Source: an uncultured Methanosarcinales archaeon (GTDB taxonomy: Archaea > Nanobdellota > Nanobdellia > Woesearchaeales > JAHJBD01). From it: 64,000 nucleotides of DNA. The notes beneath the pieces are model-generated. The model searched no databases. It saw only the letters and a program-made list of their open reading frames with translations, and was not told the origin of the DNA. Position numbers and translations under genes: made by a program. This document shows, in pieces, positions 1-8,391 of the stretch. Position 1 is the stretch's first letter. Every line of letters begins with the position of its first letter. The DNA lies in the NCBI GenBank assembly GCA_964534665.1, contig CAZHRT010000001.1:76037-140036 (forward strand), in the 5' to 3' direction.

Positions 1-956
1 ACCTTTTCACCATTCACAGGATTAATAACATATTTTCCAAGGAAACAACCAACCTTATCTTTTCCTTCAGGAGTTGTTCTTTCAATTTCAGATTGTTTTT
101 GAATTTCTTTTATTACTTTTAATGTTTCTTTTTCATATTTTGTTCCTTTAACTAATTCTTTAACCAAAGGATGTTCAGGAGCAATCACAATAAAAGTAAC
201 ACTGTGTATAGTATCGACCCTTGTGGTATAAGCAGGTAAAATTTTATCTGAATCTTCAAGTTTAAAATGAACCTCTACACCTTCACTTTTACCAATCCAA
301 TTCTTCTGCATTGTTCTAACACGTTCTGGCCAACCATCAAGCTTATCAATATCATTTAACAATTCTTCTGCATATTCCTTAATCTTAAAATACCATTGTT
401 CAAGCGGCTTTTGTTCAACTTCTGAATGGCATCGCCAACAAGTTCCATCTTCAACCTGTTCATTAGCAAGAACTGTATTACATTTTTTACACCAATTAAT
501 TATTCCTTCTTTTTTGTAAGCTAAACCTTTATCAAAAAATTTCAAAAAAATCCATTGATTCCATTTATAATATTCAGGTTCACAAGTAGGCATAGTTCTA
601 TCCCAATCATAACTAAAACCTAATGATTTTAACTGATCAACCATAGAAGCCATACATTTCTCAGTCCATTTCTTAGGATCTGATTTATTTTTTATAGCTG
701 CATTCTCAGCAGGTAAACCAAGAGCATCAAACCCAACAGGATACAAAAGATTAAAACCATTCATTCGCTTAAAACGTGCAACAGCATCACCAATAGAATA
801 ATTTCTAACATGACCCATATGAAGTTTCCCAGAAGGATAACTAAACATCTCTAAACAATAGAATTTTGGCTTCTTTTTATCCTGCTTAAACTTAAAAATA
901 CTACTTTCAGCCCATTTCTTCTGCCATTTATTTGATATTTTGTTTAAATCTAACAT
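1..956 (-). CDS. leuS: Leucyl-tRNA synthetase, bacterial-type, N-terminal ~318 aa (partial, runs off window start)
   Basis: Reverse-strand translation MLDLNKISNKWQKKWAES...YPSGKLHMGHVRNYSIGDAVARFKRMNGFNLLYPVGFDALGLPAENAAIKN...INWCKKCNTVLANEQV. HMGH (HIGH) motif and strong resemblance to bacterial LeuRS N-terminus. ATG is revcomp of cat at 954-956. Confidence 0.85.
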   Translation of the reverse strand, partial: MLDLNKISNKWQKKWAESSIFKFKQDKKKPKFYCLEMFSYPSGKLHMGHVRNYSIGDAVARFKRMNGFNLLYPVGFDALGLPAENAAIKNKSDPKKWTEKCMASMVDQLKSLGFSYDWDRTMPTCEPEYYKWNQWIFLKFFDKGLAYKKEGIINWCKKCNTVLANEQVEDGTCWRCHSEVEQKPLEQWYFKIKEYAEELLNDIDKLDGWPERVRTMQKNWIGKSEGVEVHFKLEDSDKILPAYTTRVDTIHSVTFIVIAPEHPLVKELVKGTKYEKETLKVIKEIQKQSEIERTTPEGKDKVGCFLGKYVINPVNGEK

Positions 957-1031
957 GTGTCTTAGAAAATAAGCGTGGCTTTAAATTATTTATGGTACAT
1001 TATATAATAAGAAAAAAAGTATTAAAAATAA

Positions 1032-1229
1032 TTAAAATTTCTTAAACTGAGCTGCAACATCAATCAAATCAACATGACCCATTAGCATAGCTCTGCAGCA
1101 ATACCTTTCTAGACCTAATTCGTCCATTGCTTTCTTTTTATCAGAGCCTTTCTCAACTTTTTTGTTGAAGTCATCCCATAAGTGTCCAATTGGTTTTCCA
1201 CAACTCCAGCATCTTATTGGTATAATCAT
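1032..1229 (-). CDS. rpoN: DNA-directed RNA polymerase subunit N (Rpb10)
   Basis: 65 aa, MIIPIRCWSCGKPIG...YCCRAMLMGHVDLID. Zn-binding CxxC...CC motif typical of RpoN. Position after S9 as in archaeal alpha operon. Confidence 0.85.
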   Translation of the reverse strand: MIIPIRCWSCGKPIGHLWDDFNKKVEKGSDKKKAMDELGLERYCCRAMLMGHVDLIDVAAQFKKF

Positions 1230-1238
1230 TTTTCAGTA

Positions 1239-1640
1239 TCACCTATAACTTTTTTGAACTTTTGCTCTTGCTTTACCATGCCTATTTGGTTTCACTTTTT
1301 CTTTTCTTCTAACATCAGCAACAACTAAAGTCCTATCATATATTGCAAATTGATCTTTTAATTTTGTACCTTTTGAAAGTGAAACTAAAGCTTTAGCAAT
1401 AGCTAAACGAGCAGCATCTGCTTGTGAAGATATTCCACCACCATTAACATTAACATCAATATCATTTCCCTTAATTAAATCCCCAGCAATTAACAAAGGT
1501 TCACGAATCTTCATCCTATACATACTTGGTTGATAAAGATCAATTAAAACATTATTAATTCTAACCTTGCCAGTTCCTTCCTTTAATGTTGCACGAGCTA
1601 TTGCTCTTTTACGTTTTCCTGAAGCATGTATTTGTTTCAT
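1239..1640 (-). CDS. rps9: 30S ribosomal protein S9 (uS9)
   Basis: GGGISSQADAARLAIAKAL and C-terminal KARAKVQKSYR signature. Confidence 0.9.
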   Translation of the reverse strand: MKQIHASGKRKRAIARATLKEGTGKVRINNVLIDLYQPSMYRMKIREPLLIAGDLIKGNDIDVNVNGGGISSQADAARLAIAKALVSLSKGTKLKDQFAIYDRTLVVADVRRKEKVKPNRHGKARAKVQKSYR

Positions 1641-2029
1641 AGTTCTTCACATATCCTCTTTACAGTTACATATTTTGATAATGGTAATTTTGAAACTTTA
1701 GCAGCTTCTATTGTTTCTGCTTTTCCATCTATTGGTTGACCAATATAACATTTAATATTTTTAAAAGCTTCCTTTCCTAATTCTTTCTTATAAGGCAACA
1801 TGCCCCTAATTGCTCGCTTAACAAAAGCATTTGGTTTTCTAAAAAGAAAAGGGCCCTTATAAGTTCCACGATCCCTTTTTTGTTTATATTTTGTTAAAAC
1901 AAACCTTTTATTACCAGAAACTACTGCTTTCTCACAATTAACAATATCCATTTTTTCACCTAATAAAGACTTCTTAGCAACAACTGTTGCCATTCTTCCC
2001 AATATTAAATCTGTTGCGTCTATTATCAT
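1637..2029 (-). CDS. rpl13: 50S ribosomal protein L13 (uL13)
   Basis: MIIDATDLILGRMATVVAKK N-terminus typical of uL13. Operon position. Confidence 0.9.
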   Translation of the reverse strand: MIIDATDLILGRMATVVAKKSLLGEKMDIVNCEKAVVSGNKRFVLTKYKQKRDRGTYKGPFLFRKPNAFVKRAIRGMLPYKKELGKEAFKNIKCYIGQPIDGKAETIEAAKVSKLPLSKYVTVKRICEEL

Positions 2030-2080
2030 TTTAAATTTCTCCTAAATTTAAAGCTTGAAAGTTTCTAATTTTCATTATTT

Positions 2081-2434
2081 TTATCCTAATATCCTAATAT
2101 TTTTACCCTTTGGACTTTCTTTAATAAGATCGTTAATGTCAATTATTTTTGAACCAGCTTCATTAATTTTATCAACAGCTGATTTTGAAAATTGATAAGC
2201 ACTAATTACTACTTTATGATCAAGTGTACCACTACCTAAAACTTTCCCAGGAACTATAATTACTTCGTTCTCTTTTGAATACTTACTGATTCTTGAAAGA
2301 TTAACAATCCTTCTTTGCCTACTTGGTTTTTCTAAATCTTCTGCAATCCTTTTCCAAATAGCAACTTGATGCTCAGAAGCATTCTTCTTCAGTTCCATAA
2401 TCAAGTCTTGTAAGACTTTATTGGTTGTTTTCAT
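2081..2434 (-). CDS. rpl18e: 50S ribosomal protein L18e
   Basis: KTTNKVLQDLIMELKK...IWKRIAEDLEKPSRQRRIVNLSRI...VPGKVLGSG matches L18e family. Confidence 0.85.
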   Translation of the reverse strand: MKTTNKVLQDLIMELKKNASEHQVAIWKRIAEDLEKPSRQRRIVNLSRISKYSKENEVIIVPGKVLGSGTLDHKVVISAYQFSKSAVDKINEAGSKIIDINDLIKESPKGKNIRILG

Positions 2435-2443
2435 TTTTTCTTA

Positions 2444-2569
2444 TGCGGGAGACGAGGTTCGAACTCGCGCATCCACTAAGGAACTAGGCCTTTGATGGCG
2501 AATAAACGCAACGCGTTTACTTTGCTTATATCCTCAACCTAGCGCATTTGACCACTCTGCCACTCCCGC
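2444..2569 (-). tRNA. tRNA-Leu (anticodon GAG) with ~40-nt intron in anticodon loop
   Basis: Revcomp GCGGGAG TG GCA GAGTGGTCAAA TGC G CTAGG TTGAGG[intron ATATAAGC...AAAGG]CCTAG, long variable arm, GCGAG TTCGAAC CTCGT, CTCCCGC A. Perfect 7-bp acceptor, class II variable arm. Confidence 0.75.
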
Positions 2570-2593
2570 AATGTTTAAACATTAACAGAAGGG

Positions 2594-3379
2594 TTACTTG
2601 AGGTCTTTAACAAGTGTAATAAACTCATCACACTTCTCATCAATAGCTTTTGAAGCTTCTTGAACTATTTTCTTAGGTTCAAGTTGACCCCATGACTCAA
2701 CTGTAAAAATATAATCATTATTCTTGTTAACCTTAACTTTGCCTTCTGATGCTTCTTCACATGCACCGCAAAGATGACATTTTAAGAGATTATCTTTATT
2801 AACAATTACTTTATTATCTTTAAGATCAAAAACATCTACTGGACACGATTCAACAACTTTAGCAGCGTCCTTCACATCTCCAATTTCAATTTCTGCTTTT
2901 TGTTTGTAAAAAGCTAAACCAGGACTCCATTTTGAATGTACTTTTCCTTTACCCAAAACTGCAGTAGCCTCAAGTTCAATTTGTTGACCTTTAAGCAATT
3001 TCGCAATAGGCATATTAGGATAAACGGGTTTAACTCCAGAATCTTTTGAATTTATTTCGGATGCTAAAACAACAGCTGGACCTTTAGCTTTCAATGTCAT
3101 ATTTAATTGACATCTAGCACAACCTTTACCTTCACATTTACATTCATCAGGTAAATTATAAGATTTCAGGTCTGTTGTTAAAGGCAACAAACCTAGTCTA
3201 TGTGCGATCATTTCATCGTATAATATTGAACTATTTTTTCGGATTTCAACTTCTTCAACAGCCATAACAGGAACATCTCCAAGGATTGCCCTTCTCAATG
3301 AGTTAACAAAAGCTGGTGTTGATTCTCTTACCAAAAACGAGATCTTATTCTCAGATTTATCTAGAGATCTTATTTCCAT
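2594..3379 (-). CDS. rpoD: DNA-directed RNA polymerase subunit D (Rpb3 homolog) with 4Fe-4S cysteine cluster
   Basis: [46 protein letters not shown]. CxC...CxxC clusters. Operon position between S11 and L18e. Confidence 0.9.
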   Translation of the reverse strand: MEIRSLDKSENKISFLVRESTPAFVNSLRRAILGDVPVMAVEEVEIRKNSSILYDEMIAHRLGLLPLTTDLKSYNLPDECKCEGKGCARCQLNMTLKAKGPAVVLASEINSKDSGVKPVYPNMPIAKLLKGQQIELEATAVLGKGKVHSKWSPGLAFYKQKAEIEIGDVKDAAKVVESCPVDVFDLKDNKVIVNKDNLLKCHLCGACEEASEGKVKVNKNNDYIFTVESWGQLEPKKIVQEASKAIDEKCDEFITLVKDLK

Positions 3380-3843
3380 TATACTCTCCTCCCTCTTTTT
3401 CCACCTTTTTTTCTACAACCATCATGAGGCATAGGTGTAACATCCTCAATTATTCCAATTCTCAAACCCATTCTTGAAAGTGCTCGAATTGCTGCTTGAG
3501 CTCCTGGACCAGGACTTGCAGGACCATTATGTCCACCTGGTGCTTTAATCTTTACATGAATTCCTGTGATTCCATGTTCTTTAGAAGCTTCGCCTGCTTT
3601 TTTTGCTGCAATCATTGCAGCTGTAGGAGAACTTTCCATTCTATCTTGCTTAACAACCATTCCACCTGATGCTAAAGCAATAGTTTCAGTTCCAGTAATA
3701 TCAGTAATATGAATTATTGTATTATTATAACTAGAATAAATATGTGCAACACCCCAAATCAAAGGTTGATTTCTTCTAACCGGCCTACTAATAGGTTTAC
3801 TAACGGGCCTACTAACAGGTTTACTAACAGGTTTATTTTCCAT
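3379..3843 (-). CDS. rps11: 30S ribosomal protein S11 (uS11) with N-terminal KPVS/RPVS tandem peptide repeat
   Basis: [37 protein letters not shown]... classic uS11. N-terminus [19 protein letters not shown] is encoded by a 12-nt tandem DNA repeat. Confidence 0.9.
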   Translation of the reverse strand: MENKPVSKPVSRPVSKPISRPVRRNQPLIWGVAHIYSSYNNTIIHITDITGTETIALASGGMVVKQDRMESSPTAAMIAAKKAGEASKEHGITGIHVKIKAPGGHNGPASPGPGAQAAIRALSRMGLRIGIIEDVTPMPHDGCRKKGGKRGRRV

Positions 3844-4615
3844 CTTCTTTTACCTTATCTTTTTTCTTATCATCTTTAGGTGCTTCGTCTTTTTTATCTT
3901 CTTTAGCAACCTTTTCTTCTTTAACAGGAGCATCTTCATTTTTATCAGTAGACTCTTTCTTAGGTTTTGTTTCTTTTTTATCTTTTTTAGGTGCTTTTTC
4001 TTTTTTATCTTCCTTAGCAACCTTTTCTTCTTTAACAGGAGCATCTTCGTTTTTATCAGTAGACTCTTTCTTAGGTTTTGTTTCTTTCTTAACTTCTACT
4101 TCAGGTTGAGCCCTTTCAGGATGATCTAAACTTGATAATTTTGAAGCTGGCCTAAATTTAATTGCTGCTTCTTCTTCAACTGTTACAAGATAAGAAGGGA
4201 TAGTCATTGGTTGTTCACCAATATAAATATGTTTATGTGTAATAAATTGTCTTGCTTGTTTCATTGATCTTGCTAGGTTTTTCTTAAAAACTAATGTTTG
4301 TAATCTTCTACCTAAAATTTCTTTAGTAGTTATTGACAAAATATCTTCGATTTTTCCGCCTTGTTCAAGCAAACCAAGAGAATTTACTTTAATTAGCAAT
4401 TGTTGCCTTTCAATCTCAGACTGTTTTGTTTGTTCTCTAATAACTCTCTTTATCTGAGCAAATAAACTTTTTAAGAAAGACTCCATCTTCCAAATTTCTT
4501 TTTTATTCTTAAGACCATAATCTCTAACAAAGGTCTTTTCAGTATCAATTCTTTCCTTTTGCCAAGGATGTGATGGTGTTGTATACTTCTTTCTTTTTTT
4601 TCTTGGATCGCCCAT
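3833..4615 (-). CDS. rps4: 30S ribosomal protein S4 (uS4) with duplicated K/E-rich C-terminal extension
   Basis: N-terminal [23 protein letters not shown] and S4 RNA-binding domain. C-terminal about 90 aa is low-complexity lysine/glutamate-rich with an exact 37-aa internal duplication. Confidence 0.9.
   Translation of the reverse strand: MGDPRKKRKKYTTPSHPWQKERIDTEKTFVRDYGLKNKKEIWKMESFLKSLFAQIKRVIREQTKQSEIERQQLLIKVNSLGLLEQGGKIEDILSITTKEILGRRLQTLVFKKNLARSMKQARQFITHKHIYIGEQPMTIPSYLVTVEEEAAIKFRPASKLSSLDHPERAQPEVEVKKETKPKKESTDKNEDAPVKEEKVAKEDKKEKAPKKDKKETKPKKESTDKNEDAPVKEEKVAKEDKKDEAPKDDKKKDKVKEDGK
3862..4085. repeat. Tandem direct repeat, period 111 bp x2, inside rps4 3' end
   Basis: cttttcttctttaacaggagcatcttc... 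recurs at 3911 and 4022 (offset 111). Encodes [30 protein letters not shown] twice. Confidence 0.8.
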
Positions 4616-4625
4616 ATTAATTCAC

Positions 4626-5084
4626 TTACTTTTTCTTTTTAACTCCTAATGAAAGTTTACCTTTATTTTTTCTAAAATTAGATTTTGTTCTCTGACCCCT
4701 AACAGGTAATTTTGACATATGTCTAACACCTTTATAGGTTCTAATTTTCTTTAATTGTTTAATATCGTTATCACGTACATAAGAAACATCAGCTGAACTT
4801 AAATGCATATCTTCTCCTGTCTCAGGATCATTCCTTCTATTTAGCATCCAAACCGGAGCCCCAAGTTTTTGAGGATCTTTAATAAATTCTTCAATTTTCT
4901 TAACTTCAGCATCTGACAAATCTCCAGATTTTTTACTAACATCAAGACCTAAAGTATTACAAATAAGATTTCCAAACATAAAACCAACACCTTTAACCTT
5001 TTTTAATCCAATACCAATTGGCCTATTTCCATCAAGGTCGGTGCCCATTATACGAACAATGTGTTTAAATTCTGTTTCAACCAT
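4626..5084 (-). CDS. rps13: 30S ribosomal protein S13 (uS13)
   Basis: MVETEFKHIVRIMGTDLDGNRPIGIGLKKVKGVG typical uS13 N-terminus. Confidence 0.9.
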   Translation of the reverse strand: MVETEFKHIVRIMGTDLDGNRPIGIGLKKVKGVGFMFGNLICNTLGLDVSKKSGDLSDAEVKKIEEFIKDPQKLGAPVWMLNRRNDPETGEDMHLSSADVSYVRDNDIKQLKKIRTYKGVRHMSKLPVRGQRTKSNFRKNKGKLSLGVKKKK

Positions 5085-5222
5085 TTTAATTATTAATCCT
5101 AGAATATGAACCCTAGGAACGCCGTTTTGACTCGGGCTAATAGAATTAAGAAACTGAAGTCTGTTTATAAAGGTTGTGGTAAACGATAGATTTATAAGTT
5201 ATTTTTCAACTCTTGAGATTAT

Positions 5223-5350
5223 GGTGGCGATAGTATAACTTGGCTAGTACCCAGGACTGTGGACCAAGCTTTCGGGCAGGATAGATATCCTGGAGTCCGG
5301 GAAGATAGAAAATTTATTCTATCTCGGCAATTCAAATCCCGGTCGCCACC
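5223..5350 (+). tRNA. tRNA-His (anticodon GTG) with two introns (anticodon loop and T-arm)
   Basis: G(-1) GTGGCGA TA GTAT..GTAC C CAGGA CTGTGG[intron]A TCCTG GAGT CCGGG[intron AAGATAG...GGCAA]TTCAAAT CCCGG TCGCCAC C. G-1:C73 pair and GUG anticodon are His hallmarks. TTTATAA box about 25 nt upstream. Confidence 0.7.
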
Positions 5351-6051
5351 CTTCTTTTCATTATGTACCTTTCTAATAATTCTTTTTTATGATTTATAGC
5401 TATATATCGAATAACAAACTCACGAAAAAAGGTAATATTCTTAGAAGATAAACTAAATTCTGTAACACACCCTCTGCTATTGAAAGTATTTCCAACAAAC
5501 ACATTTTGTTTTTCTCTGGTTATGGAACTAACACCACACTTCAAGAAATTCTTAATACTCTCTTCTAATTTAAATAATCTTCTCCTGCTATGTACCCTTA
5601 TACAACATTGAGGATATTTTGGCCTCTTAATCCTCACATCACCGTCTCCATCAATTACTCCTGCCAAATATGAACCAAATAATGCAGAGTTCTTCAAAAT
5701 CCAATCCGGTGGATGAACTTGCTTAAAATCTATTTTTAATTTGCAAAATAATTTTAATAAATTTTTGCATCCAAACTTATAATCATATCTCAAAAATCCT
5801 TTTTTATCAGTTAATTTAAACAAACAGCCTTTTAAACCAAAGATCTTTTGCGTAATATTTCTAAATTTATCCTGCATCGAAAGTGATTTTTTCCCAACTC
5901 CTAAAACAACAAAATATCTTTTTCTATTAATGGACTGCACATGTTGCACTTTGAAATAACCATCACTCTGAACAACACCTACCCAATAAGCAAAATCAGG
6001 GCTATTAACGCATCTTTCATAGATTTCTTGATTTAATATCTTTGAATTCAT
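5332..6051 (-). CDS. LAGLIDADG-family homing endonuclease-like protein (two motifs, single-chain type), free-standing
   Basis: Motif 1 FAYWVGVVQSDGYF and motif 2 YLAGVIDGDGDV both keep the catalytic Asp. 3' end overlaps tRNA-His by 19 nt on the opposite strand. Confidence 0.75.
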   Translation of the reverse strand: MNSKILNQEIYERCVNSPDFAYWVGVVQSDGYFKVQHVQSINRKRYFVVLGVGKKSLSMQDKFRNITQKIFGLKGCLFKLTDKKGFLRYDYKFGCKNLLKLFCKLKIDFKQVHPPDWILKNSALFGSYLAGVIDGDGDVRIKRPKYPQCCIRVHSRRRLFKLEESIKNFLKCGVSSITREKQNVFVGNTFNSRGCVTEFSLSSKNITFFREFVIRYIAINHKKELLERYIMKRRVATGI

Positions 6052-6169
6052 TTTGCATTACAATGATCATCCAGATTAGATCTAAATAAATGATTTTCGC
6101 CTCAGCAAAAATAATAATTAAGTAGTGTAATCAATATTTAATGGTAATGTAAAAAAATTAGAAAATGGT

Positions 6170-6718
6170 TCAAGCGTTTTGAAAGGCTCGGTCCCCATCC
6201 TCTTTTACCCCACCTTTTTTCTCTAAAACTTTACTAACAACATAAGGTATAGTAAAAGCAATAACATAAACCAAACTAACAATAATTGGATTATGACTAA
6301 CTTCATTAATTCTAATTGTTCTATTAAGATGATTAGCAAAATTAACCATAAAATATACATTAACTAAAGCAAGTGAAGGTATAAAAACTCCTGCAACAAT
6401 ATGTTCTTTTCTTTCTAATTCTTTTAAATCATCAATTATTACAATAAACAAAAAACCAAAAGTCAATGCAATTACCGAGATAATCCCATACAAGAAAATA
6501 GCATGAAAAACCAATAAAAATGGAACCAATACAACAGAAACAATCAAATTACCTATAATCGCCACAATCAAAACAAACCAATAAATAAACTCGTCCAATA
6601 ATTTAACCATATGATGTTTTTTTTCTTGTGCAGATTGAAATATATTATTTGCTTTAATTAAATCTTCTCTAGACCAACCTTTTGAGCCTAATTTTGAATA
6701 AATACCTTCATTCATCAT
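6170..6718 (-). CDS. Small integral membrane protein (about 4 TM helices), hypothetical
   Basis: Hydrophobic stretches WFVLIVAIIGNLIVSVVLVPFLLVF, IISVIALTFGFLFIVII, IVSLVYVIAFTIPYVV. Start overlaps upstream gene by 11 nt. Confidence 0.5.
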   Translation of the reverse strand: MMNEGIYSKLGSKGWSREDLIKANNIFQSAQEKKHHMVKLLDEFIYWFVLIVAIIGNLIVSVVLVPFLLVFHAIFLYGIISVIALTFGFLFIVIIDDLKELERKEHIVAGVFIPSLALVNVYFMVNFANHLNRTIRINEVSHNPIIVSLVYVIAFTIPYVVSKVLEKKGGVKEDGDRAFQNA

Positions 6719-7187
6719 TCATTCTTTTATCATCATTCATTAATTCTTTTATATATTTAAAAAAACTTTTTGTATCATCAAAATAAATATTCAACTTATC
6801 AATATCAACTTCAAAGCTATTTCCATCTAAATCAGCAATCAATGTTACATGCCGCCTATATTCTTCCCGTCTAGTATATTCTGCCCTGCTAACTCTACGC
6901 ATTAAAGCATAAAATTCAAGATTTTTATTAATAACTTCATCATCTGCAAAATGTTTAAGTAACAATTCACATCGTAAAGCAGGAACATTTGGAGATTCAT
7001 CAGTCATCTTTTTCTCTTTTGCATAATCTAAAAGTGCAAGAATCATAAAATCATAAGCACTTATTAGTCTCAAAACAACGCTTTTAACAACATCTACTGT
7101 CCTACTATATTTTAAACTAACAAATATCAAATGATCAATTCTCTTCATTTCACCTACTGCATCTTCAAGATTTTCATTCATCGTCAA
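6708..7187 (-). CDS. Hypothetical alpha-helical protein, paralog of 7174..7752
   Basis: 159 aa. N-terminal block RIDHLIFVSLKYSRTVDVVKSVVLRLISAYDFMILALLDY resembles ADHMLTMTYPFVKDPKILLAVLENVFLAMINSMGSIL of the neighbour. No recognisable named domain. Confidence 0.5.
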   Translation of the reverse strand: MTMNENLEDAVGEMKRIDHLIFVSLKYSRTVDVVKSVVLRLISAYDFMILALLDYAKEKKMTDESPNVPALRCELLLKHFADDEVINKNLEFYALMRRVSRAEYTRREEYRRHVTLIADLDGNSFEVDIDKLNIYFDDTKSFFKYIKELMNDDKRMNDE

Positions 7188-7752
7188 TTATCCTCGAATT
7201 TAATTCTACAAATGATTTAGCACTAGAGATATAACCTTTAATCGAATCTAATGTTATTGTTCTAAGATCATATTCATTTGTGCAAATTACAAAACTATCT
7301 TTTCGAGAAAACTCAATTGGGCTTTCCCTATGTTCCTTAATAACTTCCCTAAGTTCCTGTATCGTATTAAGATAATGTCTTTCTATATTAAACTTTGGTG
7401 CACATTTCTGTTTAAATAGATTAAATTTTGATACAAAAGTATCTTGAAAAGGTGGGATTTTCTTATAAGTCCTTTCAAAATGAAGTATTGAACCCATACT
7501 ATTAATCATAGCCAAGAAAACATTCTCAAGAACAGCCAAAAGAATTTTTGGATCCTTAACAAAAGGATAAGTCATTGTTAGCATATGATCTGCAATTTGA
7601 ATTTTCTTTCTGGCTACGTCTCTAAGACCATCATAACGTTCCATAAGATATAATAGGTTATCAAAGTTAATAAAGTTTATTCTTTTACATGTCAAAATTT
7701 CACTATCATTTAGTATAAAAACATAAATTAATGAAATTCTGAGCATGCTCAA
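7174..7752 (-). CDS. Hypothetical alpha-helical protein (possibly HEPN-like fold), paralog of 6708..7187
   Basis: 192 aa, overlapping the downstream paralog by 14 nt. No recognisable catalytic motifs. Confidence 0.5.
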   Translation of the reverse strand: MSMLRISLIYVFILNDSEILTCKRINFINFDNLLYLMERYDGLRDVARKKIQIADHMLTMTYPFVKDPKILLAVLENVFLAMINSMGSILHFERTYKKIPPFQDTFVSKFNLFKQKCAPKFNIERHYLNTIQELREVIKEHRESPIEFSRKDSFVICTNEYDLRTITLDSIKGYISSAKSFVELNSRIIDDE

Positions 7753-7819
7753 AAATCATCTTAAAATCAAGAAATCTCAAATAAGTCACTAATTTTTATA
7801 AGATGATTTTTTACAGACG

Positions 7820-8158
7820 TTATTCCTTCAAAGACATTATTGCAGCTGCAAGATCGCCATTATGTTCAGAAATTGCTTTTTCAGCAGTTTCTTTATCAAC
7901 ACCTGCTTGTTCCATTACAGTATTAATATCATCTTCATTAATATCTGGTTCAGAAGATATTGCTCTTTCTTCAATCTCACCAACAACTTGAAAAGTTTCT
8001 TGACCACCCATATTAACTTTAGAAACATTTGGATTTGTTATAACAATCTCTTTTTCAGGAGTTCTAATTATAACTTCAGTAGCGTCTATCTCTTGTTGTT
8101 GAATACCAAGCCTTTTCATAGCTTGCTTCATCATCCGAGGATTCATTCCAGGTATCAT
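7820..8158 (-). CDS. nac: Nascent polypeptide-associated complex alpha subunit (NAC domain plus C-terminal UBA)
   Basis: MIPGMNPRMMKQAMKRLGIQQQEIDATEVIIRTPEKEIVI...ETFQVVGE and C-terminal TAEKAISEHNGDLAAAIMSL (UBA-like). Confidence 0.85.
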   Translation of the reverse strand: MIPGMNPRMMKQAMKRLGIQQQEIDATEVIIRTPEKEIVITNPNVSKVNMGGQETFQVVGEIEERAISSEPDINEDDINTVMEQAGVDKETAEKAISEHNGDLAAAIMSLKE

Positions 8159-8328
8159 AATCCTAAAAACCCATTGCCAAAAGTATAAAGAACAACCATA
8201 ATAATAATCACAGCTATAGATAATATAATAACTTGTCCAGGAGATAACTCTATTTTACTCTTGTACTCATCAAAGTACCTCATCAATCCGCCCATGCCGC
8301 TTGGCATGTTAACTTTATCTTTTGCCAT
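8155..8328 (-). CDS. secG: Preprotein translocase subunit Sec61-beta (SecG); 57 aa, absent from ORF track
   Basis: Reverse translation MAKDKVNMPSGMGGLMRYFDEYKSKIELSPGQVIILSIAVIIIMVVLYTFGNGFLGL. GLxRYFDE motif plus single C-terminal TM. TGA stop overlaps the NAC ATG (ATGA). Confidence 0.75.
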   Translation of the reverse strand: MAKDKVNMPSGMGGLMRYFDEYKSKIELSPGQVIILSIAVIIIMVVLYTFGNGFLGL

Positions 8329-8391
8329 GTTAAAAACCTCTTGGTTTTTTACACCCCAGAAATCTCTGATTTCTAAGGGTTTTCTTTTTAA

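Noticed and set aside
3850-4044. 64-aa minus-strand [20 protein letters not shown]...
   Set aside because: Alternative frame through the K/E-rich repeat of rps4. A poly-Lys/Leu artefact.
5085-5222. Possible additional RNA or leader upstream of tRNA-His (CCTAG...CTAGG hairpin)
   Set aside because: No tRNA-like or known ncRNA structure could be built. It more likely contains the TATA-box promoter (TTTATAA at about 5193) for the tRNA.
7803-8188. Plus-strand ORFs overlapping NAC-alpha
   Set aside because: Antisense to a well-supported NAC gene. Low-complexity translation.
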